DNA of 64,000 nucleotides, taken from assembly GCF_006345805.1 (NCBI RefSeq), contig NC_043000.1, positions 31,868,001-31,932,000 of the forward strand, given 5' to 3'. The stretch comes from Octopus sinensis (taxonomy: Eukaryota). The stretch's first letter is position 1. Each line of letters opens with the position of its first letter. Shown here piece by piece: positions 48,514-62,290 of the stretch. The notes under the pieces were generated by a model that was given only the letters and a program-made list of their open reading frames with translations, was not told the DNA's origin and did not search any database. The translations under genes and the position numbers were made by a program.

Positions 48514-48952
48514 TATTTATTAGCCAATGTCGCATTTAGTGCCAATTATAATTCTCGTTTTTGGTGAAATATTGCAAACTGCTGTTTATATTAATTTTAT
48601 ATAGAAACATAAGCAAATTATTAAATCACTCAATTATTTGGATGACGGAAACATAATGGCGAAGCGAGATGGCAAAGAGCCGATCATCGGGTGATCTTAA
48701 CTGATGAGTCAACGGAAATCGTCGAAACTGACGCGTCAGTATTAAGAATTCTCGATCGGCACTTTTCAGACAATTATGGTCCCTGTTCGTATATATGTTT
48801 TCATCCATGTGCATTAACTACAGCATTAGAGTGGTTTAGCTCTTATTTCTAGCAATGTTGGTGTTTCCTAACACTCTAGTCACCTTTAGTGACAATTATA
48901 ATTCTGAATTTTGGTGAAACATTGTAAACTGCTCTTTATTTAATTATATATC
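48514..48952 (+). mobile_element. ~350-nt HHR unit with terminal direct repeat
   Basis: TTTAGTG(C/A)CAATTATAATTCT...TTGGTGAAA(T/C)ATTG(C/T)AAACTGCT repeated at 48535 and 48885 (period 350), enclosing the HHR. Confidence 0.7.
48679..48760 (+). ncRNA. Type I hammerhead, canonical core; predicted cleavage after A48741
   Basis: GCCGATC..TCTTAA-CTGATGA-G(TCA)ACG(GAAAT)CGT-C-GAA-ACTGACGCGTCAGT-A-TTAAGA..GATCGGC. Confidence 0.82.
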
Positions 48953-48954
48953 TA

Positions 48955-48997
<43 letters not shown>

Positions 48998-49115
48998 CAC
49001 CGTGATCACCGTCACCGACCAGGCTATCAGATATTGCTACACATCGCTTGTCACAATGCGCTTCGCATTGTTGTTTAGCCTTCAAATGACGCCACACCGA
49101 TGGCTAAGCGAGCAG

Positions 49116-49176
<61 letters not shown>

Positions 49177-49768
49177 CTACATACACATATATATATATAT
49201 AATGTACATATATTTATATATATGTATGTATATGTGTATATATATATATATGTATATATGTATGTGTATTTATATGTATGTATATATATATATATTATAT
49301 ATACATATATATACATATATATGTGTGTGCGTGTGTGTGTGTAATATTAAATGATAAGGCTAGAAATTGATATTAATCAATTATAACCAGTGTCTTAGCA
49401 TATTTAAAAAATCCGAAGATTAAAAATTGTGTTACATAGAAAATTATTCCTCTTAAGTTTGTGTATATAGATATAGATAGATAGATACATGCATACATAC
49501 ATACATACATAAATACATACATAAATACATACATACATACATACATACATACATACATACATACATACATACATACATACATACATACATACATACATTA
49601 TGGCTGCCCCCTCGTTATCGAGTATGGCCATTGCACGAAGCTTAACTGTGCTGTGATCGAAGGTGACTTTTTAGCCCAGCTAAAGATCTACAATGTCTTG
49701 TACAAAATTGGTAACTAAGACCTTTACTGGTAATAGCCGGCTGTAGTTGTAACTGGGCTTCATGTACT

Positions 49769-49800
<32 letters not shown>

Positions 49801-50550
49801 CATACAAAAGTGACCGATACAATAAGTACTAGGGTTTAAAAAAAGTCCTGGAGTCGATTTTCTTTCGACTAAATCATCCAGAGTGGTGCCCCAGTATGAC
49901 CGCAGTAAAATGACTGAAACAAGTAAAAGATAAGTGATACAAGAAAGATAACTTTTACATTGCATTGTATATTACATGCAAGTGGCATGTGTCCGCACAC
50001 AAATATATATACACGCGCACATGAATACGAACGCATGTATGTATACATGACTGCGTGTGCGCATATTATGTATACTATGAAGTAGGTCATTGGTGTGTGC
50101 GGTTGTATGTGTGGATGTGTAATTCATAGCCAGCTGATTACAATTACTAATTCCATAAACCTGATGATTCCCTTGGTCTATTGTAATCAGTGCATGTTTA
50201 ATGTTACTAAGCCAGTTCGGTGTCTCCACTGTTGTCATTAAATTCAGACAGAAGAGCATTCATTATTCATTCGCTCCCGTTCGCCGCTACCTGCCTTCGT
50301 ATCCTACTGAGGTGAGGAAATTAAATTAACGTCTGTCTGAGCATGTTTCACTCAGGTCTACACACTTGTTTTTGGCATGTACACATGAACTTACGTTAGG
50401 TGTGTGAGGCTGACCTTCGTGAATAGTACGGCATACTTAATGTAATTGGATGTGCGCACACATACACGTATATACACGTATAACTATACATACACATATA
50501 TACATGCATGTACGTATATACACATATATATGCATGTTTACACACACACT

Positions 50551-50612
<62 letters not shown>

Positions 50613-50631
50613 TAGTTACTTGTGACGTAGA

Positions 50632-51001
50632 CAGTATTAGTTCAAATTAGCAACCAATATATCATGCTTAAAGCATATATGCTGTTGAAAGCTTCCTAGT
50701 GAGGTATTCATCTCGATAAAGCGTCGCTTATGATCGTACAATACAGAAATATACCGAAATATTATGGCAGTAGACGAAATTCATCCAACAGTGGTGGTGT
50801 AATTGTTATATCCAGATTCCTGCCTCTGAGTTAAAAATTCCATCGTCACTGCTCCACGAATTTCGTCTGCTGCTAAAATATTTCGCTATATTTTTGTATT
50901 GTATGTTCATAAGCGATACTTTCTCGAGACCAAATAGAAAGTGTTCAACATAATATATGCTTTAAGTATGATATATAGATTGCTAATTTGGACTAATACT
51001 G
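50632..51001. mobile_element. Foldback element/MITE with ~145-bp imperfect inverted arms
   Basis: CAGTATTAGTTCAAATTAGCAA... and ...TTGCTAATTTGGACTAATACTG; inner GTAGACGAAATTC pairs with GAATTTCGTCTGC. Confidence 0.85.
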
Positions 51002-52559
51002 CTTTCCTCGTAAATAACGAGGTACTGAATAAATGCACCATCAGTAATCTTTCAATTACCATTTAAATCAGAGGTTTTCACTGACCATGCTCTGTCAGGG
51101 TGTATTTGCTAGTGCCCTATTTCAAAGTAGTATTTAATTATTTAAGGCGAGTACTTACTATATCGGTTATTTTACTGAGCCGTTAAGTTACGTCGACATA
51201 AACAAACCAGCACCGGTTTTCAAGCGGTGATAAATATTAGCACACGCATACGCAAACAGACACACACACACACGCACACACACACACATACAATCAAACA
51301 ATCTCTCTCTCACATACGCACGCACATGTACACATGCATATACAAACAATTTCACACACATACACACATCAAAACAGAAAAGTGAAAAAAATTCGGTATG
51401 TACAAAATTTTTCTTGCCTTCTGTCTTGATATAGAATTCGCAAAATAGTTGTGTATAACACATTTAAAATACTATAGCTATACACATAAATTGGCTGTGT
51501 ATAGATAAAGGTATTCTGAGAATGATATCGAATGGTTCAATTTGGGATTAGAGGAGTATTTGTGCGAGAAATAACTTAACTGAAAGTTGTTGGACGTAGA
51601 TCCAGAACATAGCCTAATTTTATTGTGTAGTGACATTACATCAGTATACCACATTTCCTAAGACAGTGTCTCCTAAGTGGACATTGACTGTCGTCCTACA
51701 ATTACATCTGTTCTTAGTATTCTTCATATTGTCTATGAATGTTGTAATAGCACGTAGTAAAGGGGGGACGTACTATTATATCTGCTTTTATCTTATTGTT
51801 ATTAACCTATCGTTTTAAATGAATGAGCCCTAAAAACTATAATGGGTTTCTTTATGGTTTCCATTAATATTATCCTTCTAAATACTTTATAAAAGCTTAT
51901 TATTAGTTTTATCACAGACAGACAGATAGATAGGTAGATAAGGATAGAGATATAAATATGAATGGGTGTACGTATATGTATAGATGGAATTATGACCAAA
52001 TGATTAAGATGTTTGCAACTATGAGATCCTAGGTTCGATTCTGGCACGTGGCAACTTGTGTGTCTGCCTTTCCTAAAGACTGGCTGATGAAATAGGACAA
52101 ATAGAAATTGCGGAATATCTAACCACTGCCATCTAATCGAATGAACAGGTCGTCTATTTGATCGGACAATTGAATGCTCATAAATATTTTAGCATAGGAT
52201 AAAGCATTGCATATTGCCAATTCTACAAAGCATCAGCACCAGAAAGATGCTCGGAATCTACAACCTGCTTGTCAATTGTATACGGGGCCAACTGTAATAA
52301 TATCATTAAAAAATACATCGTCACCTACAAAACGACTGAATTTCAATGAAATACAATGGATATAACGAAGGGGCGTGATATGTTAATATTAATTATTAAC
52401 CAACAAAAATATAACCGAAGACTGTAGAAGAAGAAAGAAGATTCTGAGGATGGCAGGGACTAATTACCAGAAGACTTTTGATTACTGTTTCACACTTGTT
52501 GATTTTGGAAATATTTGCCATGGGTAGACATATACATTAAACACGTTATGGATGAATGG

Positions 52560-53330
52560 TAAAACACTTCAGCAGATACAAGCAAGAGAAAAGAACAAAG
52601 AGAAAGAAACATTTACTTTTCCTATTGCAGGGAGACTCCCTCTCGTCACGCCTTTTCGGTTTAGAGCTAAAACCGTTAACCAGGATCGGTCATAAATTGT
52701 ATGGGAGGGTAATTAATATTGTTTTGTATGTGGATTACTTACAATTATATATTGTAGATGATAAAATAGTAAAAACACTATGTACGAATGCGGTAGAGAA
52801 ATTGACAAGAAGGTTCTTTTTTTTTTTGTTTTTGTTCCTTCTCGAGCCATGCCTGGCTCATAAGGGCCGGTTTCCCGGTTTCCTTAGCGTATAGGTTCCC
52901 CACCTGGACGGGACGCCGGTCCGTCGCAGGTGAGCTGCAAGATGCAGAAGGAAAGAGTGAGAGAATGTTGTGGCGAAAGAGTCAGCAGAAGTTCGCCATT
53001 ACCTTCTGCTGGAGCCGCGTGGAGCTTAGGTGTTTCGCTCATAAACACACGCATCGTCCGGTCTGAGATTCGAACCCGCGATTCTTCGACCCCGAGTCCG
53101 CTGCTCTAACCACTAGGCCATGTGCCTCCACCAAGAAGGTTGGTTACGAAAACTACGCCAAGGTAACCTTGAAGAGAAGAAAATTAATGAAATCCGTTGA
53201 CATCATGTGAGATAAAGAAATATATATCAAACAATGAGATCAAACATAGACTTACAAATATCTAAGAATTAATTTAGTCGACAGACTACAACACTTATAC
53301 AAATACGTATTTGATTAATAATTTAATTAG
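52560..53330 (+). mobile_element. Dong-type RT fragment interrupted by a SINE
   Basis: LLQGDSLSSRLF...LYVDYLQLY before the SINE and YAKVTLKRRKL after it. Confidence 0.6.
52816..53131 (-). mobile_element. SINE with family C head but a different 3' module
   Basis: 10-bp TSD CAAGAAGGTT at 52806-52815 and 53132-53141; the tail contains CCTGCGACGGACCGGCGTCCCGTCCAGG. Confidence 0.88.
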
Positions 53331-53849
53331 AATAATGAGCTTAATACAGAGATAAATACAACGTGAAAATGGTAATAGGCATTAATACTATCGTTGTTGC
53401 TATAACAGATTTATAGTTCAACAAGATTTAGAAGTCACCGTACAAAAGATTACTCAAAAATTATATTTACCAGAAATAGTGAGAAGCAGATGCATTCTGT
53501 AATTAGAAAATGATTATAAAATATCAAGTGTTGGACTACAAAAATATCTGGTAGAGACAAAATGAAAATTAATATAACACACGAACAAAATATGACACGC
53601 AAAAAATTGGTGTGTGTCATATTCTGTTGTCAAGGAAACCAAGCAATATAAAACAAAGACTAGACAAGTCGTGAGAAAAACAGAGAAGCAAAAAGAAAAA
53701 TTTACTTAAAAATAAAGATACAGAAAAATACAGAACCAAAACTGTCAGGACTTTGACATAAACACAACAAAGATACAACGCTGCCGAAACTAAACATCAG
53801 AGATGTGCTCCGTTGCGATATGCAGTAAATATAAAGCTCCTGGACACTA

Positions 53850-53880
<31 letters not shown>

Positions 53881-54629
53881 GAAGGAAGAAGAGGAGGGGT
53901 ATTTCTTTTCATTTTTCGACGATAATGATAGCAATAACGTTATTACGAAACGATCAAGCTGGAATGTGACAGTTGTGAAGAACTGGTGGAGTTTTGTTAT
54001 CATCATTAACTGATTATCCACTCAAGCAAACAAAACTCGATCCTATTAACATTGAAAAACAGTGCTTTGAATGTCTTCCTTTAGAAATCAGCGCTGACTA
54101 AAGCAGAGAATTGGTTTACACACAGAATGAATTCGTCATTGCAATTTATCAATATCAATAAACTGTTGAATTTGTTTCAGCTAAGTCTGGATTATTTGAG
54201 TTATTTAAAATAACGTATTGAATATCAATATTGATAAAATATGAAAGGTAACAACACTATAGAATAGAAAAGTGTTAAGAAAAAAAAAACTACAGACTTG
54301 AATAGTTTTAATTTTGTTTCTACATAAGACAGCAAATAAGGTGAGTCATATGACACGCAGTTAATTATTCCACCACAATGAAGCACAAGGAACATTAGAA
54401 TCCTTATTGGATAAAAAGAAAAATTGTTTTCCCCAAATAACAGACTTAAAAAAATGAATTTGCTTCACACAATTCAGGAAGTTATTTTTATTCGCGAAAT
54501 GTAAAATAAGTGAAAAATAGACTTCCTAGTAATACACTTATTCCACAGCTTACACCGATTTCAACAACATACGGGTGATAAATCATTTAACAAGTTGATT
54601 ATGTAACATCTATATATATACATATATAT

Positions 54630-54801
54630 AGGCGCAGGAGTGGCTGTGTGGTAAGTAGCTTGCTAACCAACCACATGGTTCTGGGTTCAATCCCACTGCG
54701 TGGCATCTTGGGCAAGTGTCTTCTGCTATAGCCCCGGGCCGACCAATGCCTTGTGAGTGGATTTGGTAGACGGAAACTGAAAGAAGCCTGTCGTATATAT
54801 G

Positions 54802-54832
<31 letters not shown>

Positions 54833-55010
54833 TGTGTGTCTGTGTTTGTCCCCCTAGCATTGCTTGACAACCGAGAGACCGATAGAATAAGTACTGGGCT
54901 TACAAAGAATAAGTCCCGGGGTCGATTTGCTCGACTAAAGGCGGTGCCCCAGCATGGCCGCAGTCAAATGACTGAAACAAGTAAAAGAGTAAAAGAGAAA
55001 AGAGTATATA
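54630..55010 (+). mobile_element. SINE family A
   Basis: Head to tail match with a small internal deletion. Confidence 0.9.
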
Positions 55011-55164
55011 TATCGATATATCTACGTATTTATCTATCTATCCATCTCTCTGCCTCTTTCTCTCTCTCTCTCTCTATCTATCTATCTCTCTATCTATCTA
55101 TCTATCTATTTATCTCTCTATACGTCTATCGCCATGTTGGACCACTGAACTCAATACGCTTTTT

Positions 55165-55300
55165 TTATTCTCTTTCTATTTATTTCCTCTTATTACTTTC
55201 TGTCAAAGACCGTAAGCTCGAAACGTAAAAGACATTTCCATTTTTGCACGAGCGTCAAATAAATACACTTGCTCGTTGTTCTTACACCTATACCTGCATA
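55165..55300 (+). mobile_element. Short HHR-like repeat Y, copy 3
   Basis: CTTT-CTGTCAA-A-GAC(CGTAAG)CTC-GAAAC-GTA-AAAG. Confidence 0.6.
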
Positions 55301-55315
55301 CATACATACATACAT

Positions 55316-55544
55316 ATTTCTTTATTACCCACAAGGGGCTAAACACAGAGGGGACAAACAAGGACAGACATATGTATTAAGTCGATTATATCGACCCCAG
55401 TGCGTAACTGGTACTTAATTTATCGACCCCGAAAGGATGAAAGGCAAAGTCGACCTCGGCGGAATTTGAACTCACAACGTAACGCAGACGAAATACCGCT
55501 AAGCATTTCGCCCGGCGTGCTAACGTTTCTGCCAGCTCGCCGCC
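55316..55544 (-). mobile_element. SINE family B, full length
   Basis: Matches the other B copies. Confidence 0.9.
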
Positions 55545-56049
55545 AATATAATACATACATACATGAGTACACATACACACATACATACCCCCCCACACAC
55601 ACACACACAAATATATATATATACACAACCTACAAGGAACTACGTACTTATTCAAATTAAGTAAAAGGTTGATAGTAACTTTGAAGTTTCACTGATCATT
55701 GTTCTGCTCTTGCGGCGCCGTCAATAAAGCACTTCTTGGATTAAATTTCCTACTCATATAATTGTGTAGTTGAATGCCATTAACATACACTCTCGAATAT
55801 TTGAGGCTGACAGTTAATAAACATACAGCTTAGATTACTAATTTGTGAATCGATGGACAGTGGTTATCTTTCAACTCCTCCTAATCGATAATTTGATGTC
55901 GTCTGCCACCAATTGTTTGAAAATCGAAACACTGAACGGTATTCTAATTTATAGGAGACATTAGAATGTTATTTGTGCCGGACTAAGGTGTGATATATTG
56001 TCAATACGAACAGAATAAATCATTGCACTTGCAGATCCATGGAGTAGGA

Positions 56050-56255
<206 letters not shown>

Positions 56256-56824
56256 GTTATTACACTTACAGGTATGTAGATTAATAAGTAGGCGGAATGG
56301 TGTTGTTTGACAGATGGGAAGACGAAGATGAAGAATGATCATTTTGAAACTTTAATATCGTTCTTGAAATTAAGAAATAAATCAGTCAGAAGAGACAACA
56401 GTAAAATTCTTGCCAGAAAATTGCTAGAATTAAGAACGGCAAGATTTTAAAGTTGAGACATTCGCTTCAATGGATAGATGTGTGTAATAAATCTGAGGAT
56501 TGTTAGCGTTTTATGGACAATCATTTACTGAATTGAAATCACTTACGTATAAACAAAAATATCGTCGAGATGTGAGAATATATCTTAAGGAGAGCAACAG
56601 AAACGATAGAATCTACAGCATGAAAAGAGGTCATCACTATAACAATTTTATATTCTGATCTTAGCAAATGTAAGTCTCAGCTGAAATAGTCGAATTGGCA
56701 GTCACCTTACTGATAGCTAAACAACACTGCGTAATAACTTCTTTGAACAGTGGAATCTGGAAAGAGAAAGAATTAAAACGATTGTCGTCATGACCAGACT
56801 CATATTTATTTATTTATCTTCCAG

Positions 56825-56960
56825 CAGTAAGGGAGGTGCATGACTAAGAGGTTCGTGGTTTCGATTCTCGAACCAGGTGGGGCGTTGTGTTCTTGAGGAA
56901 AACATCTTATTTCAAGTCGCCCCAGTTCATTCATTAGTTCCAGTAATAGTTGGAAAATTG
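56825..56960 (+). mobile_element. Decayed tRNA-headed SINE 5' part
   Basis: GGAGGTGCATGACT...GGTTTCGATTC and a CORE-like GTGTTCTTGAGGAAAACA. Confidence 0.5.
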
Positions 56961-57515
56961 ACCCTGTGACCGAGGGTCAGTATAGCTTTAGAAAGGGTAT
57001 GGCCTGGTCAGCCTGCAATGATATGCATAAGATTTGGTCATCAAATCTAAGTAGAGACTTCAAACTTGAAATCTTCAAAGCTACAGTCGAACCAATTCTA
57101 CTATATGGCTCAGAAACCTGGACGTTATCAGAGAAGCTTGAGAGGTGGTTGGATGGAACCTACACTCGCCTCCTTATGAGAGCTCAAAATCTCTCGTGCA
57201 AGCGTCATCCAACCAAAATGCAAATATATGGGAAACTACCACCTGTGTCATCTCTTGTGAAAGGTAGGAGAGTTCAGTTTATTGGACATTGTTGTAGAGC
57301 TGAAAACGAGGCAATTTCTACTCTTCTCCTCTGGAAGCCATCTAATCGCAATACCAGAGGGCGCACACTCTCCTACCCTGATGTAATCTCCAGGGATACA
57401 GGCATCCAGCAACAGGACCTCCGTAATGCTATGATGGACCGTGAAGTCTGGCGTAGCATGGTAAATTCCATTGTCTCGACCACGGTCGAACAATGATGAT
57501 GATGATGATGATGTT
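56961..57515 (+). mobile_element. RTE-clade LINE 3' end, reading frame still open
   Basis: ILLYGSETWTL...RRVQFIGHCCR...DREVWRSMV*; (TGA)n tail. Confidence 0.9.
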
Positions 57516-58639
57516 AGTGGTGTTATCTTAGGCACTTAAACCCTTGCAAAGCGGGTTAGACTCCAGCCTTATCAGTCCGTGATTCACTACAAACCGACGT
57601 CCTAAGTTAGGTGGTATAACCTTACAGTGTACGGGGTTATATCATCTGAAGATAAATATTCATCTTACTTTTATTAAGAAGATTCTCAAAGCAACCATTT
57701 CTGAAAGATAGAATCAACTGTCACAGATAAACCGATTTTTTACCTTTGTATATGAGGAAGAATTCACCTTGTTTCAATCCATCCAGCTAAAAAGAACACT
57801 AGAAGCGTGGGTCGGGTGGAGGGGTCAACTTAGAATTTATTGGTTTCCTGTTTAGTGAGGATTTTTGTGCTCTCTGTCGCCCAAACGTTTTGAAAATCTG
57901 GATAAGTTGTAATGAGTACCAGCTGGGTGATATCTGCGCAGGCCTCTTTCCTTCCATCATTTACAATCTGCGAATGTTCTGCGCTGTCAGTGATGTGGGG
58001 ACGAACTGAATGTCAATGATTTTCACCACTACTTAGGCTTTGAAAACAATTAGCGAATGCATTGCACATGGTACCAAGCGATAATCACTGGTTGTAATTT
58101 TATATAAAGTACAAAAAGAAAAAAAAAAAAAAACAAAGTACAGTTGAAAACCAACACATAAAGAAAACAAACTATTAGAATATTAATTTGACCCTTGATA
58201 GGGGAATAGGATGTCGGTGACGTTGCAAGAGAGATAATTTGTGTGTAAGGAAAATATTTAAGAGTGATAATTGACGGGTAGGAGATTTAAGATGATGAAA
58301 GTCTATAAGCCGGGAGTAAAGGCTATACAAAGAGATGGAGTTAGGAAGTCTTTGCATAAAATGAGACGCTTTGTACATGGATGAGACGGGTTGCAGAGGA
58401 CGGAGGTTGTGAGACGGGTTGCAGAGGACAGTAGATTGGTTCAGATACAATTCATTTAATATTCTATGTAACAGCTTTGAATCTCCAATCCGTTACATGA
58501 TATTTGAACATACCTGGTCACTTCTAAAGCCACCTTTCTATCTTGGGTCTACTCCAGTACGAGGACCACCAACTATATCTCTGATTATTCAGCTGGAAAT
58601 ATTCTTCCCCCCTGAAAATAAGTATCAAAGGATGTGTAT

Positions 58640-58880
58640 CTCGAAAATCAAGGAGTCTCTCCGGGTCGAACTGCTACATCACCGCATTGAGAGGTCACAG
58701 TCCCGGTACTACGGGCATGTGATTAGAATGTCGCAGGAAAGAATCATAAGACAGATTCTTCAAGCCGAGCCAACCATCAGAAGACCTCGGGAGTGACCAA
58801 GCAGGAACCAACCAGTGAGAGACTAAGAACGAGATGGTTGGATATTGTCCTCCATAGTATCAGTTAGTCACTAATGTCGG
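58640..58880 (+). mobile_element. RTE-like 3' fragment
   Basis: RIERSQSRYYGHVIRMSQERIIRQIL...RRPR, then RTRWLD. Confidence 0.7.
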
Positions 58881-59077
58881 ATTCTTCTGATAGGACCCTA
58901 TATAGGAAGTGCTTGTGGACTCTACCCACCCCCACCACGAATACTGACACAGGAATAAGGAGCGGGGAAGATGAATGGGAGGGATTCCATCCCTCCTTCA
59001 AAATATGCAGATGCGCACGCTCTCATATAACAAGAATTTTCCACTCACATACGCACAAATATACTAATATACTCACT

Positions 59078-59309
59078 TATTTCTTTACTACCCACAAGGG
59101 GCTAAACATAGAGGGGACAAACAAGGACAGACAAACGGATTAAGTCGATTACATCGACCCCCAGTGCGTAACTGGTACTTAATTTATCGACCCCGAAAGG
59201 ATGAAAGGCAAAGTCAACCTCGGCGGAATTTGAACTCAGAATGTAACGGCAGACGAAATACGGCTACGCATTTCGCCCGGCGTGCTAACGATTCTGCCAG
59301 CTCGCCGCC
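59078..59309 (-). mobile_element. SINE family B, full length
   Basis: Matches the other B copies; TAATATACTCAC is repeated on both flanks. Confidence 0.9.
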
Positions 59310-59972
59310 CTTGTGAATAATATAATATACTCACATAATATAATATACTAATATACTCACACCGGTCGATTATCCTACCTTCTATACTACATTCATGTAT
59401 TACAGACATTTTGTTCGTTGCACATTCCCAGTCCCAGTTTTTTGCAGTCGCACACATCAAATTACCCACCTCCGCCATAAATCATTTCCATGACTCGTAA
59501 ACTTTACACAAACATTTTTTTTTGTTCTTCATTTCTCTGTTTTATACCTTGACGAACTTAGGCTCGAAACGTCATGTTTTCCATTTCCACACACATTGAA
59601 AGATTTGCTTTGATTGTATTTCTAATACACACACACACACACACACACATATTCTCCTTTAAACACTCATACGTCGAAAACGACGGTAGCAACCATCATA
59701 TATATATACGAAGTAGACCATCATGTATATAGACGGAGTAGACGAAGCAGGTGCAGCTGAAGAAGGGGAATATTCCTTGTGTTGTATGTCTTGTACTCTC
59801 TTTCTTCGTTGTTTGCAAAAAGTCCGTTTCCATGGTTTTGTTTCTCATTGTGTTCGACGTTTTTTTTTTTTTGGTGTTCTGTACCTATACATGCATGTAT
59901 ATGTACATATAGATGTAGGTATGTACATATATGTATCTAAATATGCATATATTTTATATATTATTTTGTTAT

Positions 59973-60025
<53 letters not shown>

Positions 60026-60521
60026 TGTGTGTGTGTGTGTGTATGTATATAACTTGGATAACTTTGATAGGTTTCGGCTTGTATAGGCCCAGGCCATGTC
60101 TAACTCAATAGCACCACCTGGTGAAGTCTTTTAGTCATATAAGGAGTACCATGGTCCACACTAGCAAAGAGATATTATTGTTCGACACACTCACACGCAC
60201 ACATTCCATTTGATTACTTATTTCTGAAGCAGGGGTCACTGCGGACTCCGCTCATTCTGGATATCATAACGAAGCTTGGAGTTATTGTCTATGATTAAAG
60301 ATATAAGTAACATTTACCAACGATATCATTAATCAATTTTTATATTATTCACAGTCACATTACAACGCTTGCAGAATCACAGATTTATTCAAACAACTGT
60401 ATTTTCATTTCAAAACTGTCTTATTACATTTGTAGAAGCTACATTTACTACCCATCACATAGTTATTGCGCAAACTGAAATGGTTCGTATATATATATGT
60501 GTGTGTGTGTGTGCGGTGGGG

Positions 60522-60591
<70 letters not shown>

Positions 60592-60782
60592 GTGTGTGAG
60601 TGTGTGCATATGTATATATATATATATATATAAAAGTATACATATATGGGTGTATATTATTTGTGTTATATACGTACATACATATATCTTTATATGGATA
60701 TACATAAACATATACAAATATATACACATATATATATTCATATATATATGAGTGTATATATGTATATACCTACATACACGTA

Positions 60783-60829
<47 letters not shown>

Positions 60830-61135
60830 TATAAAATGTTAATTCCATTTACTCCATATTAGTGCATGGAATAATTCTTCTAGACTAGAGGCGTCAATTT
60901 CATTTTTTTCTGAATTGCGATATTTATTATCCGGAAGAGATTAGTATTTCTTGAGAGAAAATTCATACAAATTTTTCTCTTCTATCTTTTGGTGTTGTGG
61001 GCGGATGAGAGTTGGAATATTGTTTGCCCCGTGGTGATGGAGCAGAAATTCATGCATATTTATATAGCTTTGCTATTTCTATTTCATTTCATATATATGT
61101 GTGTCCACGTGTACTGTAAGATACCACACAAACGC

Positions 61136-61170
<35 letters not shown>

Positions 61171-61204
61171 CGTAAAAAAGTACATATATGTATGTATGTT
61201 TGTA

Positions 61205-61260
<56 letters not shown>

Positions 61261-61367
61261 GTGTGTGTGTGTGTGTGTGTGTGTACATATATATAAATAT
61301 ATGTATATATGCATACACACTCATACACAGTATATAAGCATACATATGTCTGTGTGTGCATGAAGAT

Positions 61368-61430
<63 letters not shown>

Positions 61431-61819
61431 GACCGTATCTCTCACATATAAAAGAAATTTTAGATTAAAAACTGGGCTTGTATGGCCTTATATTCCGGTG
61501 TGAAAGTAAGATAAGATGTTTAAATATATTACTTTACTGATGTTTCGGTACAAAAAGTGGGCGATTGTATTGTACTGAAGTAAATATGGCTTTTGGTGCT
61601 GCTATGTATATGTGCATATATGCATATATGCATTCGTGCACTTCTATGAGTGTGAACTTCTTTCTGTTTCTCGTTTGTTTCTTTTATAAAACCTAATTTA
61701 GATTGGTTTATCTCTCAATAAAATCATAAATTTTCATTCACACAAAATTTTTTTTCATCTCAAAAAAATGAAGAACTCTACTAAGAGAATCAGTTTTCCA
61801 TTTTTTTTTTTTCAAACAG

Positions 61820-61982
61820 AAGTGGCTGTGTGTTAAGACGTTTGTTTCCCAACCACATGATTTCGGGTTCATTCTACTGCGTGGCGTCCTGAAAAAGTGT
61901 TTTCTATGGTTTCAGGTCGACCAGAGTATTCTGAGTGGATTTGCTAGACGAAAACTTAAAGAAGTCCGTCGTACATATATAT

Positions 61983-62065
<83 letters not shown>

Positions 62066-62290
62066 TGTGTGCTCATTTTGGGCCCACCACTGTTTGACAA
62101 TCGGTGTTGGAGTGTTTATGTTCCCGTAACTTAGCGGTTCCGCAAAAGAGACCGATAGAATAAGTACCAGACTTCCAAAAACATAAGTACTGGGATCGAT
62201 TTGTTCAACTAAAATTCTCATAAAAGCGATATGCCCCAGTATAGCCGAAGACTTATGACTAAGAATATAAAAGACAAAAGACAAAATGAA
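61820..62290 (+). mobile_element. Diverged SINE family A
   Basis: GAAGTGGCTGTGTG head, GAGTGGATTTG..AGACG body and the family A tail. Confidence 0.8.
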
